Part shown: positions 62,039 through 64,000 of the stretch, piece after piece
How the letters are laid out: the number at the start of each line of letters is the position of its first letter
Numbering within the stretch: the first letter of the stretch is position 1
DNA from: Phoronis australis
Taxonomy: Eukaryota > Animalia > Phoronida
Direction: 5' to 3'
Length of the DNA stretch: 64,000 nt
Assembly (NCBI GenBank): GCA_002633005.1
Contig: NMRA01000473.1
Span: 277,723-341,722 of the forward strand
The notes under the pieces: generated by a model
What the model saw: the letters and a program-made list of their open reading frames with translations, nothing else
Database searches by the model: none
What the model was told of the DNA's origin: nothing
Program-made: the position numbers and the translations under genes

Positions 62039-63302
62039 TTATCACTACTTTGCTAAAATGAAGACTGAAGTTACGGGAGGAAAGAGAATTACCAAGGTAA
62101 GCCAGTGGTAGTCAAGACTGTCAGAAGCTTTTTGATGTTTATCTTTCACAACTTACAGTGTCGTCTTTGTTGTTTTTTAATGCCAGATTTTACTGGAACT
62201 AAGTACAACTTTAGCTTCTTTTTCTGCGTTGTTGTGGTCATTGAAACAAGGGACTCATCTAGTGGCCGTCCTGGCCATCATTGTGACAGCTGTTTCAAAA
62301 AAAATGACGGATTGGACGACACGGCCAAGACAGAGAAAAAAAAGGCCGCCTGTTTCAAGACAACCACAGCGAAAACGACAACTAAATGAAGACTTTTAAC
62401 ATCAATGATCAATAAACTTTATTGAAACCTACAATTCATTGTTTCAGAAATAACTCGACAGTAAGAGACTATTGCCGTCTATTTTTACAATAAACGTCAC
62501 AATGACAATCGGCAAATACTGGCAGCTATTTTTTGGGGGAAATACCTTCTTGTTCTGTGACGTCAGGGTGATCTTACAAAGAATCCCTGGCATGGCAAAT
62601 GTTGAGAAATATTACATTCAGTGCGAACTACCCGTACATGGATGCTTAATCTTTGATATTGAAGTACACAGACCCGAAGATCAAAGGATTTGTCCTACCC
62701 CTAATGCTGTATATGGAAAAAGTAGGTCAGCCAGTCACGTGCACAGCAACTTTTACTTCGGCTGTGAACCAGGCGTGGACTTGCCTCTTAAAACTGCGAG
62801 AAAAGAATGGTTCTTTCTAAGAATAAATTTGATGTTAGTAGCAAGATATGAAAGACTGTAATTGGCTTTGGACCTGCTAAGTGTCGATTTCAACAAAGCG
62901 TCCATTTATAATGCACTGCAGAAGACACTAACAACCACGATGTCCCCAGCGACCACTGGTGACGCCCATAGCCAAACTCCAGGCGACTCCAAATTTTCGA
63001 GTAAAACGTAAAAATACGAGTACCAACTTCAAATAAGGAGTTCCGATGTTTTTTCGTTTACAAGGCCAAGTCTGGGTATACAAGCACGAGTGCAAATATG
63101 CTGTCACTCCTATTTTTGAGCGGAGATTTTCAACTGTGTCAGGCACTGGTGGGCCAAAGTTGTGAATTTGTTGAGGATATGTGTTCTCTTGTTGACTGTA
63201 GACTTATGAATTGCAGTACTGTGTTGTGTAATGAAACGTAGACACATGTACTCAAGGATAAATTTCTTCATGTCCTTTCGAATGCAACTTCATTTTCTCA
63301 TA
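62039..63302 (+). repeat. Copy of about 1.26 kb of 57004-58262 (3' half of spectrin exon 6 plus intron)
   Basis: Collinear with scattered substitutions and a 4-nt indel; begins right after a single N. Confidence 0.95.
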
Positions 63303-63486
63303 TGATTGTTGGACAATAGATGTAAGTGTGAAGTGATTGTTGGACAATAGATGTAATTGTCAAGTGATTGTTGGACAATAGATGTAAGTGTGAAGTGATT
63401 GTTGGACAATAGATGTAAGTGTGAAGTGATTGTTGGACAATAGATGTTAGTGTGAAGTTATTGTTGGACAATAGATGTAAGTGAAC
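63303..63486. repeat. 31-bp minisatellite, right part
   Basis: Same unit as 61865-62036. Confidence 0.9.
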
Positions 63487-64000
63487 AGAAGAAGCCAAGA
63501 GCTCAAGCAAACTTACTCAAGTTAAAAGAGTGTTTCCTTCTGTTCAGATGTCTGAAGACCCAAATTCAAAATGACTCAAATTATTCCTTGCCATGGGAGG
63601 ACTTTTTTTACTGACTGTTGAAGCTGGTGCTATCTTGGAAAGGAATTTTGAAGTGCAGATTGTTTAGTTGAATTGTAAATGGTTTTAGCAGACTGATACT
63701 CAACTCACATTTGGACTTTGATGTATATCCAAAATTAAAGTTGATATATACACATCCTGGACATTTTTTGGGTATCCTTCCTTCTCACCTCCAGAGCTGC
63801 GTTCCGTAGACTCCCGAGACATAAGCTTGTAGTTGCAGCGAAATATACTTGGTTATTACCCAAACCACATCTACCTCTATCCGCTAAAAGGTCTTCAGGA
63901 AGGTAGGGTACTCAAAAAGTTAACTTTGAACTTGAACAATGTGGTTGAGCTCATTATGAATGGTTGTAATCATGAAGGGGTGTCAGGTCACTGTTGTTGT

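Noticed and set aside
63540-63900. Next spectrin exon after 61853
   Set aside because: Candidate acceptors at about 63548 and 63794 do not yield spectrin-repeat sequence in phase 2; the exon probably lies beyond the window.

Overview
This is AT-rich (roughly 38% GC by eye), intron-rich and repeat-dense metazoan DNA, most likely from an invertebrate bilaterian, with two N-gaps. Three host genes can be reconstructed by hand. (1) A complete 11-coding-exon TAF6L on the minus strand (33309->3566, 626 aa, all GT-AG, phases consistent). (2) A single-coding-exon SOCS4/5-type gene on the plus strand (33989-35245), head-to-head with TAF6L. (3) The first 10 coding exons of a beta-heavy spectrin (SPTBN5/karst-like, 52452->61853, continuing beyond the window). 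The introns are filled with mobile DNA: a Penelope-like element (inverted pseudo-LTR, 13-bp TSD, degenerate hammerhead-like motif) with a young Gypsy LTR element nested in it, two TTAA-flanked Kolobok-like relics with THAP remnants, three LINE relics (one with RNase H), DINE/HINE-like repeats carrying many CTCF-consensus motifs, MITEs, tRNA-derived SINEs and many minisatellites. I see no convincing wholly novel system. The best leads are the apparently unprocessed LTR end, the repeat-borne CTCF motif arrays, the possible overlap of TAF6L and SOCS transcription, and a duplicated 'poison' splice acceptor. All family assignments are by eye, without database searches.
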